Assembly: GCA_965242925.1 (NCBI GenBank)
Contig: CBDEUM010000014.1
Coordinates: 384,001 to 448,000, forward strand
Direction of reading: 5' to 3'
Origin: Roseibacillus sp.
Lineage (GTDB): Bacteria > Verrucomicrobiota > Verrucomicrobiia > Verrucomicrobiales > Akkermansiaceae
DNA length: 64,000 nucleotides
In this document: piece by piece, positions 33,933-43,849 of the stretch
How positions within the stretch are numbered: the first letter of the stretch is position 1
Layout of the letters: the number at the start of each line of letters is the position of its first letter
The notes under the pieces: model-generated
What the model was told of the DNA's origin: nothing
The model's database searches: none
Seen by the model: only the letters and a program-made list of their open reading frames with translations
Program-made: the position numbers and the translations under genes

Positions 33933-34742
33933 CTACGCTGACGCCCCCGACCTCTTCGAGTGCACCCAACCCTCCTCCATCTCCTCCAGGCTCGCCTCCT
34001 CCAGTGAGCTCCCCTGCTCCCCCAGCTCCTGCTCCATGGAAGCGAAGCGCTCCTCGAATTTCACATTAGTCCCCTCCAGAGCCACTTCCGGATCGATTCC
34101 CATCTTGCGGGCCAGGTTCACCACCGCAAAGAGGAGATCTCCCACCTCGGACTCCAAGGCAGGGGTCACTTCCCCACCCGTTGGCGGCAGCTCGGCCTTC
34201 ACCTCCGCCAGCTCTTCTTCAATCTTCCCGAGAACCCCGATTACATCCGGCCAGTCAAAGCCCACCTTGCCGGCCTTCTTCTGCAACTTGGCCGCACGCA
34301 GAAGGGCCGGCAGCCCCTTGCCCACTCCGTGCAGGTAGGGCTCGGCATCCGCGCCCTTCTCCTCGCGCTTGATTTCCTCCCAGCGACTCAGCACCGCGCT
34401 GGTATCCCGGGCCTCCCCGTCCCCATACACGTGGGGGTGCCTCCGCACCAGCTTGTCACATACTCCCCTGGCGACATCATCGAAATTGCAGCGTCCCTCC
34501 TCCTCCGCCAGCTCGCTGTGGAAAACAACCTGCAGGAGCAGGTCCCCCAGTTCCTCCTCCAGGTGCACCCAGTCCTCACGCCGGATGGCATCGACCGTCT
34601 CATAGGCCTCCTCAATCAGATTGGACACCAGGCTGGCGTGCGTTTGCTCCGCATCCCAGGGACATCCCCCCGGCGCCCGTAGCCGGTGCATGATGGCCCG
34701 CAACCTCTCCATCTGACGCTCCGGCTCGGCACAGTTGCTCAT
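33933..34742 (-). CDS. mazG: Nucleoside triphosphate pyrophosphohydrolase
   Basis: LRAPGGCPWD, EELGDLLLQVVFH, KLVRRHPHV, GFDW. Confidence 0.96.
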   Translation of the reverse strand: MSNCAEPERQMERLRAIMHRLRAPGGCPWDAEQTHASLVSNLIEEAYETVDAIRREDWVHLEEELGDLLLQVVFHSELAEEEGRCNFDDVARGVCDKLVRRHPHVYGDGEARDTSAVLSRWEEIKREEKGADAEPYLHGVGKGLPALLRAAKLQKKAGKVGFDWPDVIGVLGKIEEELAEVKAELPPTGGEVTPALESEVGDLLFAVVNLARKMGIDPEVALEGTNVKFEERFASMEQELGEQGSSLEEASLEEMEEGWVHSKRSGASA

Positions 34743-34848
34743 CTCCTCGTCGGTCACGGGAAGAGTGAAAGTCAAAGTGAGGGGGAAGGGGAGTCCTAAA
34801 ACAGGCGATCCCTCCGCAGACAGACCGGCATGTCCTGTTCCCTGGCCC

Positions 34849-35727
34849 TCACTTCTTCCCGGCCCGGGCGAGAAGCTCACGCTCCTCCCCGGTAAGCGAC
34901 TGCAGACCGTGCTCGTTGATCTTGTCGAGGATGCGGTCCACCTCATTGGATTCCAGCTCCGTGATCGTCGACTGTGGCCGCAATTTCTTCTGGTAACCCT
35001 TTTCTCTCTTCGCAATCCGGATCTGGAAGGCAGGGCGCTTCTTCGAGCCCCCCTGGCCTGAACGCCCGAGATGTCCCAGCAGCCCACGCAACACGGGAAT
35101 TTTCCACAAGAGAAACCCGGCCAGCGCTCCGCCGAGGTGACCCGCTTCGCCCCCCGCATTGGGTCCTCCCGCCAGCACGACGAACACGCCGTATGCAAGC
35201 ACGAGAATTGCCATGCGCCGCATGGTGAGAGTCACCGGGGGAAAGAGCAGTTGAACCCGCATATCCGGAGCAATCATCGCGGCAACTGCCAGGATTCCGA
35301 AGATCCCAGCCGAAGCACCCACTACCCCCACGTCCAGATAAGTATTGGAGACGGACACCAAGGTGGCGTAACCCAGGGCCCCGGACACGCCGCAGAGAAG
35401 GTAGAAGAGAAGAAAGGCCCGACTGCGCAGTTGCTGCTCCACGAAGGCCCCAAAAAAGTAGATCGCAATCGAATTGAAGAGGAGGTGCCCGAGGTCTGCG
35501 TGCAGGAACTGGAAGGTAATCAGCCTCCATACCTGGAACCCAAACAGGCCTTCCTGGATGGTGAACGCTCCTAATTTTCCAAAAGTGACCCCCAAATCAA
35601 GGAAGACCTCCACCAGAAACACCCCGATATTCAGGAAAAGGAGCCACTTGACCACCGGCGCGCCCGCCAGTCGCCCAGGGGGCCGGGTGGCACCCTCTCG
35701 AAAGTAATCGCGGTCGGCATATCCCAT
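34849..35727 (-). CDS. Rhomboid intramembrane serine protease with a C-terminal DUF6576-like domain
   Basis: WRLITFQFLH, HLLFN, GASAG, HLGG; VDRILDKINEHGLQSLT. Confidence 0.92.
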   Translation of the reverse strand: MGYADRDYFREGATRPPGRLAGAPVVKWLLFLNIGVFLVEVFLDLGVTFGKLGAFTIQEGLFGFQVWRLITFQFLHADLGHLLFNSIAIYFFGAFVEQQLRSRAFLLFYLLCGVSGALGYATLVSVSNTYLDVGVVGASAGIFGILAVAAMIAPDMRVQLLFPPVTLTMRRMAILVLAYGVFVVLAGGPNAGGEAGHLGGALAGFLLWKIPVLRGLLGHLGRSGQGGSKKRPAFQIRIAKREKGYQKKLRPQSTITELESNEVDRILDKINEHGLQSLTGEERELLARAGKK

Positions 35728-35914
35728 CTGCGTTCCGCACATCTAGCACCCCATTCCGGTCCCCTCAAGCCAAGCAAAACCTCCAATTGGTCTGCTCCAG
35801 CCCCGGCCAAACCCCTTCCTGCTGCTCCTGCCCCGCAAGGTCCTCACACGAATCTGTGACGAAAAGAGCACACCTGCCCTTGCAAAAAAGGCATTTTGCT
35901 GTAATTCGCGCGCC

Positions 35915-37750
35915 ATGTCCGACGCACCAACAAGCCATCAGGGACTCCTCGACTGGGTGAACGAAATGATCGCCCTCTGCCAGCCCGCCAACGTCCGCTG
36001 GTCGGACGGATCACAGGCCGAGTGGGACGACCTGACCCAGCTCCTCGTCGATGCCGGCACCTTCACCCGGCTTAATCCCGAGAAACGCCCCAACAGCTTC
36101 CTGGCCCGCTCCAGTCCGAGTGACGTGGCGCGTGTGGAAGACCGCACCTTCATCTGCTCCGAGAAGGAGGACGATGCGGGGCCGACCAACAACTGGGCTG
36201 ATCCCGCCGAGATGCGCGAGAAGCTCAAGGGCTTCTTCGCCGGATGCATGAAGGGCCGGACCATGTATGTTATTCCGTTCTGCATGGGCCCCCTTGACTC
36301 GCCCTTTGCCAAGATTGGAGTTGAGATTTCCGATAGCGCCTACGTGGTCGTCAACATGCGCATCATGGCCAAGATCGGAAGCGAGGTCCTGAAGCGTCTT
36401 GAGGACGAGGCCTCCGGCGCCATCAATCTCGGTCGCGATGGACACGGCACCTTCGTTCCCTGCCTCCACTCGGTGGGCGCCCCCCTCGAGGATGGTCAGG
36501 AGGACGTCACCTGGCCGTGCAACGACGAGAAATACATCGTGCACTTCCCTGAGACCCAGGAGATCCAGTCCTACGGTTCCGGATACGGCGGCAACGCCCT
36601 CCTCGGCAAGAAGTGTCTCGCCCTGCGCATCGCCTCCACCATCGCCAAGAAGAACGGCTGGATGGCCGAGCACATGCTGATCCTGGGCCTTGAATCCCCC
36701 GAGGGCGAGAAGCGCTACGTCACCGCCGCTTTCCCCAGCGCCTGCGGCAAGACCAACCTCGCCATGCTGGTCCCGCCCGCAGGCTACGACGGCTGGAAGG
36801 TGACCTGCGTAGGCGACGACATCGCCTGGCTCTGGCCTCACGAGGACGGCAAGCTCCACGCCATCAATCCCGAGGCCGGTTATTTCGGCGTGGCTCCCAT
36901 GACCTCCTACGAGACCAATCCCAACGCCATGGACTCGCTCAAGGAGAACAGCATCTTTACCAACGTCGCCCTCACCGATGACGGTGACGTCTGGTGGGAA
37001 GACATGACCCCGGAGCCTCCCGCCCACCTCATCGACTGGAAGGGCAACGACTGGACCCCCGAAAGCGAAGGCCCCTCTTCTCATCCGAATGCCCGCTTCA
37101 CGGCTCCTGCCAGCCAGTGCCCGGTCATCGATCCCGAGTGGCAGAACCCGGACGGGGTCCCCATCGACGCCTTTGTCTTCGGCGGACGTCGCGCCACCAC
37201 CATGCCCCTCGTTTTCCAGGCCCACAACTGGAACCACGGCACCTTCATCGGCTCGGTAATGGGATCCGAAATGACCGCCGCAGCAGCAGGCGGGGCCGGC
37301 CAGGTTCGCCGTGACCCGATGGCCATGCTTCCCTTCTGTGGCCACCATGTGGGGGACTACCTGCAGCTCTGGATCGATATTGCCAGCAAGGTCGAAAAAC
37401 TCCCCGAGGTCTTCCACGTGAACTGGTTCCGTAAGGATCCCGAGGGCAACTGGCTCTGGCCCGGATTCGGCCAGAACATGCGCGTCCTTGAGTGGATCCT
37501 CAAGCGGGCCGATGGCACGGTCGAGGGCAAGGAGGAATTCGTGGGCACCGTCCCCGCCTTCGGTGAACTCAACCTCGACGGGCTCGATTTCTCCGAGGAA
37601 AACTGGAACGCCCTTATGAACCTCGATGCCGAGGAGTGGCAGCGCGAGCTGGAAACCCAGGAGGAATTCCTCGACAAGATCGGCGACAAGCTGCCCGCCG
37701 AGGTGAGAGCCGAGCGCGCCAAGCTCCTTGAACGCATTGGCGGTGCCTGA
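35915..37750 (+). CDS. pckG: Phosphoenolpyruvate carboxykinase (GTP)
   Basis: [38 protein letters not shown]. Confidence 0.98.
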   Translation: MSDAPTSHQGLLDWVNEMIALCQPANVRWSDGSQAEWDDLTQLLVDAGTFTRLNPEKRPNSFLARSSPSDVARVEDRTFICSEKEDDAGPTNNWADPAEMREKLKGFFAGCMKGRTMYVIPFCMGPLDSPFAKIGVEISDSAYVVVNMRIMAKIGSEVLKRLEDEASGAINLGRDGHGTFVPCLHSVGAPLEDGQEDVTWPCNDEKYIVHFPETQEIQSYGSGYGGNALLGKKCLALRIASTIAKKNGWMAEHMLILGLESPEGEKRYVTAAFPSACGKTNLAMLVPPAGYDGWKVTCVGDDIAWLWPHEDGKLHAINPEAGYFGVAPMTSYETNPNAMDSLKENSIFTNVALTDDGDVWWEDMTPEPPAHLIDWKGNDWTPESEGPSSHPNARFTAPASQCPVIDPEWQNPDGVPIDAFVFGGRRATTMPLVFQAHNWNHGTFIGSVMGSEMTAAAAGGAGQVRRDPMAMLPFCGHHVGDYLQLWIDIASKVEKLPEVFHVNWFRKDPEGNWLWPGFGQNMRVLEWILKRADGTVEGKEEFVGTVPAFGELNLDGLDFSEENWNALMNLDAEEWQRELETQEEFLDKIGDKLPAEVRAERAKLLERIGGA

Positions 37751-37801
37751 GGCTAATGCACCTGCCCCGCGGTCGCGGGGAGAACCCAGGCAATTTTCAG
37801 G

Positions 37802-37830
37802 AAGCGCGGTCTCCGGACCGCGCTTTTTTT
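37802..37830 (+). terminator. Intrinsic terminator after pckG
   Basis: AAGCGCGGTC-TCCG-GACCGCGCTT followed by a T-run. Confidence 0.85.
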
Positions 37831-37869
37831 GGTCGCCAGTCACCAACTGCCCGACAGACTGAAATTCTT

Positions 37870-39984
37870 ATGATGAGAGTTTCTGGCATCGTCCTCATTG
37901 CCGCCCTTCTGGCACTCTTCCCTGCCAGGGGGGCCGCTTTGACCGAATCTGAGCGCCAACTTGCCGCCGGCCACCCCCGCCCCGGCTATGAGGAGGTCGC
38001 GGACATCAAGGCCATGGCCGCCGCCCTGCGCAAGGACCTCTCCCAACGGGAACGCTACTCCTTTTCACGCGGCTGGTGGACATGGGACCGCCTGCGCGCC
38101 CGCTATGTGGACGGCGGACGGAAGAACCAGAACGAACTCCTCATCCTCCAGGCGGTCTTCCGCGCTCTCATCCTTGACTGGCATTCCAAGCTGGAGGCAA
38201 AGGGCGAGGGCGATCTCATGTTCATCTACTTCGTCACCACCGCCCCGGGCAGCAAGACGGAACGCAAGCTCCCGAACGGGGCAACCCTGGTCCGCGACTA
38301 TCACGGCGGCGGATACCACGGCGGCTGGGGCGGGGCCGCGCGCATGCGCATCTACGAAGAACTTGCGAACCGAGGATTGCTCACTGCCGGGGAGAGGGCG
38401 CGGTTCAAGCGGATCGTCCATCAGAGCCTCAGCAACCGTTTTCTCAACTTCAAGAAAGGATCGCAGCGCGCCGACAATCACTCTTATGGAAACGCAGGCG
38501 GCATCGCAATGGCCCTCAAGCTCTTTCCCGACGCCCCGCAGGCGAAGGAAGCGCGCGCCTGGATCGAGCGCATCTGGAAAGACCTCGCCGACTACGGTGA
38601 CTGGACCGAGTGGAACTATTTCCCCTACGGCCCGATTTTCCTGCACGGAATGATCGATATCGCGGAAGCGATGGGCTGGCTCCAGAAGGAGTCCAAGCTC
38701 ATCAACGCCGTCGGGGGGCGAGTCCTTGGCTTCGTGCACGGCGGCGGGGTGCGCGGCGGACCGAATTGCGGCTCGCCCGTCTTCACCGATCGCGCCGCCC
38801 TCTACGCCGACCCCTGGAACGTCGGCAACTACCGGGTGGAGACCCCGGGACGAGACGGACACTTTTGGTACCGCATGGCGCAGTACTACAAAAATCGGGA
38901 GTACCTCTGGGCCGCGGAACAGTCCGCCTTGGGCGGCCACCCGCCGGGTAAAGAAAAGGTCATCCTCGCCTACCAGCAGGCCTACGCGCGCCGCTTTGCG
39001 TGGTTCAAAGAGCGCGACCTCTCCGCAAAAGTCCCGGAGGGCAAGGCTCGCATCGGTCTTCTCAGCTCCCTGGTGCACAAGATTCCGGAGCGCCTCTATC
39101 TCGAAGCGAGCCGCGAGGCGGGCAGACCCTTCGCCTCCTACTTCCTCTACCCCCACAAGGACGACCACCTGGATAGCCTTTCAGGCCAGCTCTACGAGTA
39201 CGCCGCGCACGGCGCCAAGTTCCTCCACAGCTCCGGCAAGTACAGCATGCTGCCCAAAGGCGGCGGCACGGGCGAAGAGAGCCTGGACGTCCTCCTCGTC
39301 CTCAACAAAAAGCATCCCTTTCCGCTACATCCCGACCGCGCCGGTGACGGCGACTTTATCCGCAAGGGTGCCATCAAGTTGCTGCCCGGTCTCCTCAAGG
39401 CAGAGAACAACGAGGCCGGCGACTCGTTCGGCCAGTTCGGATGGACTGACTACTACGGACCTGGCAGCAAGTGGATCCGCCGGACCGTCCTCACGCGCGA
39501 AGGAAATCTGATCGTCGCGGACGAATACACCGCCGGTAGTGCCCTTGGCAGGAACTACCACGCCGGACCAGTTTGGCACCTGGCCCCGCAGAAGGAACAG
39601 CGGGATGGCGAACAGAAGGAGAACTGGTTCGATGCCCGCGCCTTTGAGCACGCCTGGTGGCAGGAGAAGCGCTATCGCCTCCTGCTTACGATCCACCAGG
39701 ACGGAGCCATGCGTTTCGGCAGGCTCAAGCAAAGGAGCTCGCAGGACCTCGCGCCGAACGTGACGGTCTACGGACACCGGCCCGTCGAGACCGGGCAGAC
39801 GGTGCAATTCCTCAGCGTGTTTTCTCCTTGGGAGGACAATGGATTCCCGGTCACCGGCAGCGGTGCGATCACTCGTATCGCCGAGGGGACCACTACCGCA
39901 AGGTTGACGAGCGGCAGAGGGGGGTTCGTCACCGTTGAAATCCGGGCCGACGGCACCTGGAGCGTTACCCGGGCACAGCCCTGA
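37870..39984 (+). CDS. Secreted protein, possibly heparinase II/III-like polysaccharide lyase
   Basis: Signal peptide; helical N-half with DNH and a Tyr-rich segment; beta-rich C-half with H..DHLD.L...G.Y. Confidence 0.55.
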   Translation: MMRVSGIVLIAALLALFPARGAALTESERQLAAGHPRPGYEEVADIKAMAAALRKDLSQRERYSFSRGWWTWDRLRARYVDGGRKNQNELLILQAVFRALILDWHSKLEAKGEGDLMFIYFVTTAPGSKTERKLPNGATLVRDYHGGGYHGGWGGAARMRIYEELANRGLLTAGERARFKRIVHQSLSNRFLNFKKGSQRADNHSYGNAGGIAMALKLFPDAPQAKEARAWIERIWKDLADYGDWTEWNYFPYGPIFLHGMIDIAEAMGWLQKESKLINAVGGRVLGFVHGGGVRGGPNCGSPVFTDRAALYADPWNVGNYRVETPGRDGHFWYRMAQYYKNREYLWAAEQSALGGHPPGKEKVILAYQQAYARRFAWFKERDLSAKVPEGKARIGLLSSLVHKIPERLYLEASREAGRPFASYFLYPHKDDHLDSLSGQLYEYAAHGAKFLHSSGKYSMLPKGGGTGEESLDVLLVLNKKHPFPLHPDRAGDGDFIRKGAIKLLPGLLKAENNEAGDSFGQFGWTDYYGPGSKWIRRTVLTREGNLIVADEYTAGSALGRNYHAGPVWHLAPQKEQRDGEQKENWFDARAFEHAWWQEKRYRLLLTIHQDGAMRFGRLKQRSSQDLAPNVTVYGHRPVETGQTVQFLSVFSPWEDNGFPVTGSGAITRIAEGTTTARLTSGRGGFVTVEIRADGTWSVTRAQP

Positions 39985-39999
39985 TCTAGCCCGAAACGC

Positions 40000-41001
40000 T
40001 CACTCCCCAACTGTCGGCCTGAGAAGCTGCCACAGTTCCTTTTCCTTCATCTTGGCAAGGAGGAGGTAGGTCTGGTTCTTCCCCTGCCAGGAGGCCACTG
40101 ACACCCCGGTGTTGGAGCACTGCCGGCAACGGGTCCCGCCGGACTTCCTGAGCTTCTCGAGATCCTCCGGATCAAGGTTCTCACTACCAAGGACGGCAAG
40201 GTGAATTCTGCTTCCGCCCTTGTCGAAACACAGATGGGAGACCCTGGTGGCACCCATCATGAAAATGCGGCACCCGACCGGCTTGCCTTCCGAGATCCCC
40301 CCCGGAAGCTCATCAAGATCAAAGCCGGGAGCATTGTTGTCCCGTATCCAGGCCTGGTATTCCTGCAGCCTGCCACTCTGCAGGGGAAAGAACCCCTGGC
40401 GCACGACCTCCGCGATGGCCCCGTTTTCAAGAACCCTGAGGACGATGGTCTCCCCTTGTCCCTCCCGGGGACCGAAACTGCTGGAGGTCACCTCGAAGGC
40501 CACAAAGGCGCCCAGCACGAGTAAAACTGCCGCCACCGCTGCCTTCAGCCAGCCCTGCTCCATCGACACCTCCTCGGCTGGCTGCCCCCCGGCAGCAGCT
40601 ACTGCCATCGGCTTGCCGGCAATCTCAACCTTGAGAACCTTCAGTGTCTGCTCCTTCAATTCCTCCGGTGGAGCCTCGGAAACCAGGGAGCTCACGAAGG
40701 AGGATTCCGGGGCCGTGAGATTCTCCGTGGTATCCTCCACTGGAACCCCGGACCCGCCTTTGTTCCCGGCGGCATCGGCCTTGAGAGCGTCCAGGATACT
40801 GCTCCGCAGATTGGAGGGAATGGTGAGATTCTTCAAGCTGGCGGCAACAGAGGCGTCCTGCTCCCGCTCAACCACCAGCCACTCTCCCAGTCCGCGGTCA
40901 TCAGCTGCCACCGCGAGGGCCTCCTCGAAATCAGGATTCCCGGAGTCCGCCCCTCCGGGGCGAAAACTCCGGAGAACAAACCGTGCCTGTTCCCTATCCA
41001 T
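40000..41001 (-). CDS. Probable anti-sigma factor (single TM, DUF3379-like)
   Basis: Overlaps the ECF sigma stop; MDREQARFVL..FRP.GAD..., central TM. Confidence 0.7.
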   Translation of the reverse strand: MDREQARFVLRSFRPGGADSGNPDFEEALAVAADDRGLGEWLVVEREQDASVAASLKNLTIPSNLRSSILDALKADAAGNKGGSGVPVEDTTENLTAPESSFVSSLVSEAPPEELKEQTLKVLKVEIAGKPMAVAAAGGQPAEEVSMEQGWLKAAVAAVLLVLGAFVAFEVTSSSFGPREGQGETIVLRVLENGAIAEVVRQGFFPLQSGRLQEYQAWIRDNNAPGFDLDELPGGISEGKPVGCRIFMMGATRVSHLCFDKGGSRIHLAVLGSENLDPEDLEKLRKSGGTRCRQCSNTGVSVASWQGKNQTYLLLAKMKEKELWQLLRPTVGE

Positions 41002-41536
41002 TGGGTTGCTTCATGACATCGGGCCGGAAGTCGACAAAGTTCTCCAGGCCCGCGCTGGCGGGCTCTTCCATCATCCTACTCCGGAGCTGTTCCTTGCCGC
41101 GCGAGATACGGGACATGACGGTTCCAATCGGAACATCGAGGATATCGGCGATCTCCTTGTAGCTGTGCTGCTCAAGACAGAACAACGTGAGAGGTGCCCG
41201 GAACGTCGTCGAGAGTCCGCCCAGCAATTCTGCCGTGCGGGGGATCTCCCTCCCGGGGTCCGGTTCGTGGGTGGCTGATCGGTCCTCATCATCACCAGTC
41301 GCGCGCTCAGGGGGCCAGGTCTTCCAGCTGCCCTGACCCAGGTGTTGCCGGTAGAGCGTCGAAAAGAGTCCCGTCCTGGCCTTGCCCGGGGCCCTGGGTT
41401 CTCTCTCCTTCCGCTCCCAGATGACATAAGTCTGGTGAACGAGGCCCGCCGCGCGGTCCGCATCCCGGACCAGCGAGATGGCAAAACAATACAGTGGCTG
41501 GCAGTAAGCGTCGACGAGGTCTTCGGTATCCGTCAT
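40994..41536 (-). CDS. ECF sigma factor
   Basis: LYCFAISL (region 2), SYKEIADILDVPIGTVMSRISRG (region 4). Confidence 0.88.
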   Translation of the reverse strand: MTDTEDLVDAYCQPLYCFAISLVRDADRAAGLVHQTYVIWERKEREPRAPGKARTGLFSTLYRQHLGQGSWKTWPPERATGDDEDRSATHEPDPGREIPRTAELLGGLSTTFRAPLTLFCLEQHSYKEIADILDVPIGTVMSRISRGKEQLRSRMMEEPASAGLENFVDFRPDVMKQPNG

Positions 41537-41745
41537 GGGGCGCAGGGACCTGGGTCTCCAGTTGCCGGGAAGCCGCCGCGTTCCCCTTCTTCCCGGGAAC
41601 GTCGCGATCCTTCGCCGTACCGAGATTTTCCGGGGCTCCAAAGCGCCTCTCCGGGCATCAAGTTGGCCCGGAAAGGACCTGGAAGCAATCTGCATTCCTT
41701 CTTCCCCCGGCCCGAGCGCCCTGCTTCACTCTCGTCCCCAAGGCC

Positions 41746-42690
41746 ATGCGCACTCCCAGACTTACTCTCGCCCTTTCCCTTCTCTCGACCATCTCGCTTT
41801 CTGCCGGCATCAATCTCAAGCAGGAAGGCAAGAACCTGCAGGTGATCGTCGATGGGAAACTCTTCACTGAGTATCATGGGGAGACCCGTGTCCCATGCCT
41901 CTATCCTCTCATGAGTCCCTCCGGGACCCACCTGACCCGGCAGTATCCCTTCGTCAAGGACGTGGCCGGGGAGAAATCCGATCACCCTCACCACACCGGG
42001 TTCTGGTTTACCCACGGCAATGTCAATGGGCACGACTTCTGGCACACGGACGACTGCAAGATCGTAACCCGCAGGATCACCGGAACGAAAGTCAGCCAGA
42101 AAGGAGATCAAGCTGCAGTCACTTTCTCGGCGGAGCTTGCCTGGGAGGCAAAGGGCAAGCCGATCGTCCTGGAGCAACGGCGATATGATATCACCCTCGC
42201 AGGGAAGACCCGGATCGTTGATGTGACCTCTGCAATGAAGCCCGCCGGGGACAACGTGACCTTCGGGGACACCAAGGAAGGCAGCTTTGCCATTCGCACT
42301 GCTCCGTCCCTGCGTCTTGTCGGTGAGGTCGCCAAGGGGAAGATCACCAACAGCGAGGGGGTGAAGGACAACGATGCATGGGGCAAGCGGGCCCGCTGGG
42401 TGGCCTATCATGGCCCCGACTCCGCAGGCACTCCACAGATCATCGCCATTTTCGATCACAACCGGAACCTGCGCCATCCCACCTGGTGGCACGCGCGCAA
42501 CTACGGCCTCCTCACCGCCAACCCCTTCGGAATCCGCGCCTTCAGGGACAAGTCGGTCAAGGAAAGCGGAAACTTTGAACTCAAGAAGGGTGAGTCCCTC
42601 ACCCAGCGCTACCGCCTCCTCCTTCATGAGGGCAGCCTCGACAGCGCAAAGGTTGAAGAGGCCTGGAAGTCCTTCGTAGCCGGGAAATAG
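41746..42690 (+). CDS. Secreted DUF6807 ('PmoA family') protein, not a methane monooxygenase
   Basis: Signal peptide; DHPHHTGFW, DTKEG.F.IR, WG..A.W, W.AR.YGL..ANPF. Confidence 0.85.
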   Translation: MRTPRLTLALSLLSTISLSAGINLKQEGKNLQVIVDGKLFTEYHGETRVPCLYPLMSPSGTHLTRQYPFVKDVAGEKSDHPHHTGFWFTHGNVNGHDFWHTDDCKIVTRRITGTKVSQKGDQAAVTFSAELAWEAKGKPIVLEQRRYDITLAGKTRIVDVTSAMKPAGDNVTFGDTKEGSFAIRTAPSLRLVGEVAKGKITNSEGVKDNDAWGKRARWVAYHGPDSAGTPQIIAIFDHNRNLRHPTWWHARNYGLLTANPFGIRAFRDKSVKESGNFELKKGESLTQRYRLLLHEGSLDSAKVEEAWKSFVAGK

Positions 42691-42707
42691 AAGAAGAGGA
42701 GAGCCTG

Positions 42708-43427
42708 CTATCTTCGGCGCCACTTCGTGAGGAGTGCCACCGTCCACTGGAACTTGCGCGCCGTCTCCCGGATCAGGAACGGCTCATCGTGCTCCTCAAG
42801 GAGCTCAAAGTGCTCACGCAGTTCGCCCTCCAGCCAATCGCGGGTCGATCCCCGCGGCCAACGGGCCTCGGGAGTAAACTCCTCCAACCAGGTGCAGGGG
42901 GTCGTGAGAATCAGCTCCCCACCGGATCGCACCAATTCCGGCAGGCGCCCCAGCAAGCGTCCGGGCTCTGACAGGCGGCAAAGGAGATTGGCGGCCAGAA
43001 CCTGACCGAAACTCCCTAATCCGGGCCTGAGATTCATGGCGTCTCCCTGTTCAAAGGTAATGCGACCGGGCTGGGTCCCCGCGGGCGGTTCCACCACGAC
43101 GGACTTCCTGCAGTGCCCCTCTTCCAACCGGGACAACTCACAGTGTCCCGCCGACTGCATTTCCTTCGCAGTATCAACAAACCCCTGCGAATAGTCTATC
43201 GCCACGACTTCATTCGCACACCGCGACATCTCAAACGCAGAGCGCCCCACGGCACAGCCAAGATCGAGGGCGCGCTCCACTTCCCCAGTCGAAAACCGCT
43301 CCACGATCCGGCTCGGAAACCCGAGTGCTTCCCGGGGGCCTCCCGGCCAGGAATAGATCTGCTCCGGGGACCCGTAGTGAAAAAGCAGGTACTCATCGCG
43401 AAGCCTGGTGGTCTCGTAAATATTCAT
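42708..43427 (-). CDS. SAM-dependent methyltransferase, OvoA C-terminal (mercaptohistidine N-methyltransferase)-like
   Basis: NIYET...EYLLFHYG, ALDLGCAVGRSAFE, QGDA.NL, ANLLCRL, P.TWLEEFT, IRET.RKFQ; the start may lie up to 43469. Confidence 0.85.
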   Translation of the reverse strand: MNIYETTRLRDEYLLFHYGSPEQIYSWPGGPREALGFPSRIVERFSTGEVERALDLGCAVGRSAFEMSRCANEVVAIDYSQGFVDTAKEMQSAGHCELSRLEEGHCRKSVVVEPPAGTQPGRITFEQGDAMNLRPGLGSFGQVLAANLLCRLSEPGRLLGRLPELVRSGGELILTTPCTWLEEFTPEARWPRGSTRDWLEGELREHFELLEEHDEPFLIRETARKFQWTVALLTKWRRR

Positions 43428-43465
43428 CGTCCTCATCCCTGGCGCAGTCAGGCCCCTGACGAAAA

Positions 43466-43849
43466 TCAATGCACTGGCGCGTCTCCGTCGGTCACCATCA
43501 CGCCCCCTTCATCATAAAAGAAGTCATCCGGATCAAACCTGGGTATCGAAATATTGTAGAGCTTCATCGTCCCCACTCCACGGTGGCGGCAGCCGGGCTT
43601 GATCATGACGGCGGACATGGGCTTGACCGCTACGCGCTCGCCATCGAGTTCAAGATAGCCCTCTCCTTCCAGAATGACGTAAATCTCCGTCGTCTTCTCA
43701 TGATAGTGGCAGGTCGGCTCATCGGCCAATTCAAGGAGATGTAGCGATGCGGGGCTTTCATCATCCGCGGCGAAGGCACGCCTCACGGTTCCGCAACAGC
43801 ACTCCTGTTCCTGGAGGTCCGGAAACTGAATCGCCTCGTATCGCTTCAT
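43466..43849 (-). CDS. Cupin domain protein
   Basis: HYH...TEIYVILEGEG...IKPGCRH. Confidence 0.88.
   Translation of the reverse strand: MKRYEAIQFPDLQEQECCCGTVRRAFAADDESPASLHLLELADEPTCHYHEKTTEIYVILEGEGYLELDGERVAVKPMSAVMIKPGCRHRGVGTMKLYNISIPRFDPDDFFYDEGGVMVTDGDAPVH

Noticed and set aside
41746..42690. 'PmoA' as evidence of methanotrophy
   Set aside because: A soluble secreted DUF6807-type protein without the TM helices of pMMO; no pmoB or pmoC.
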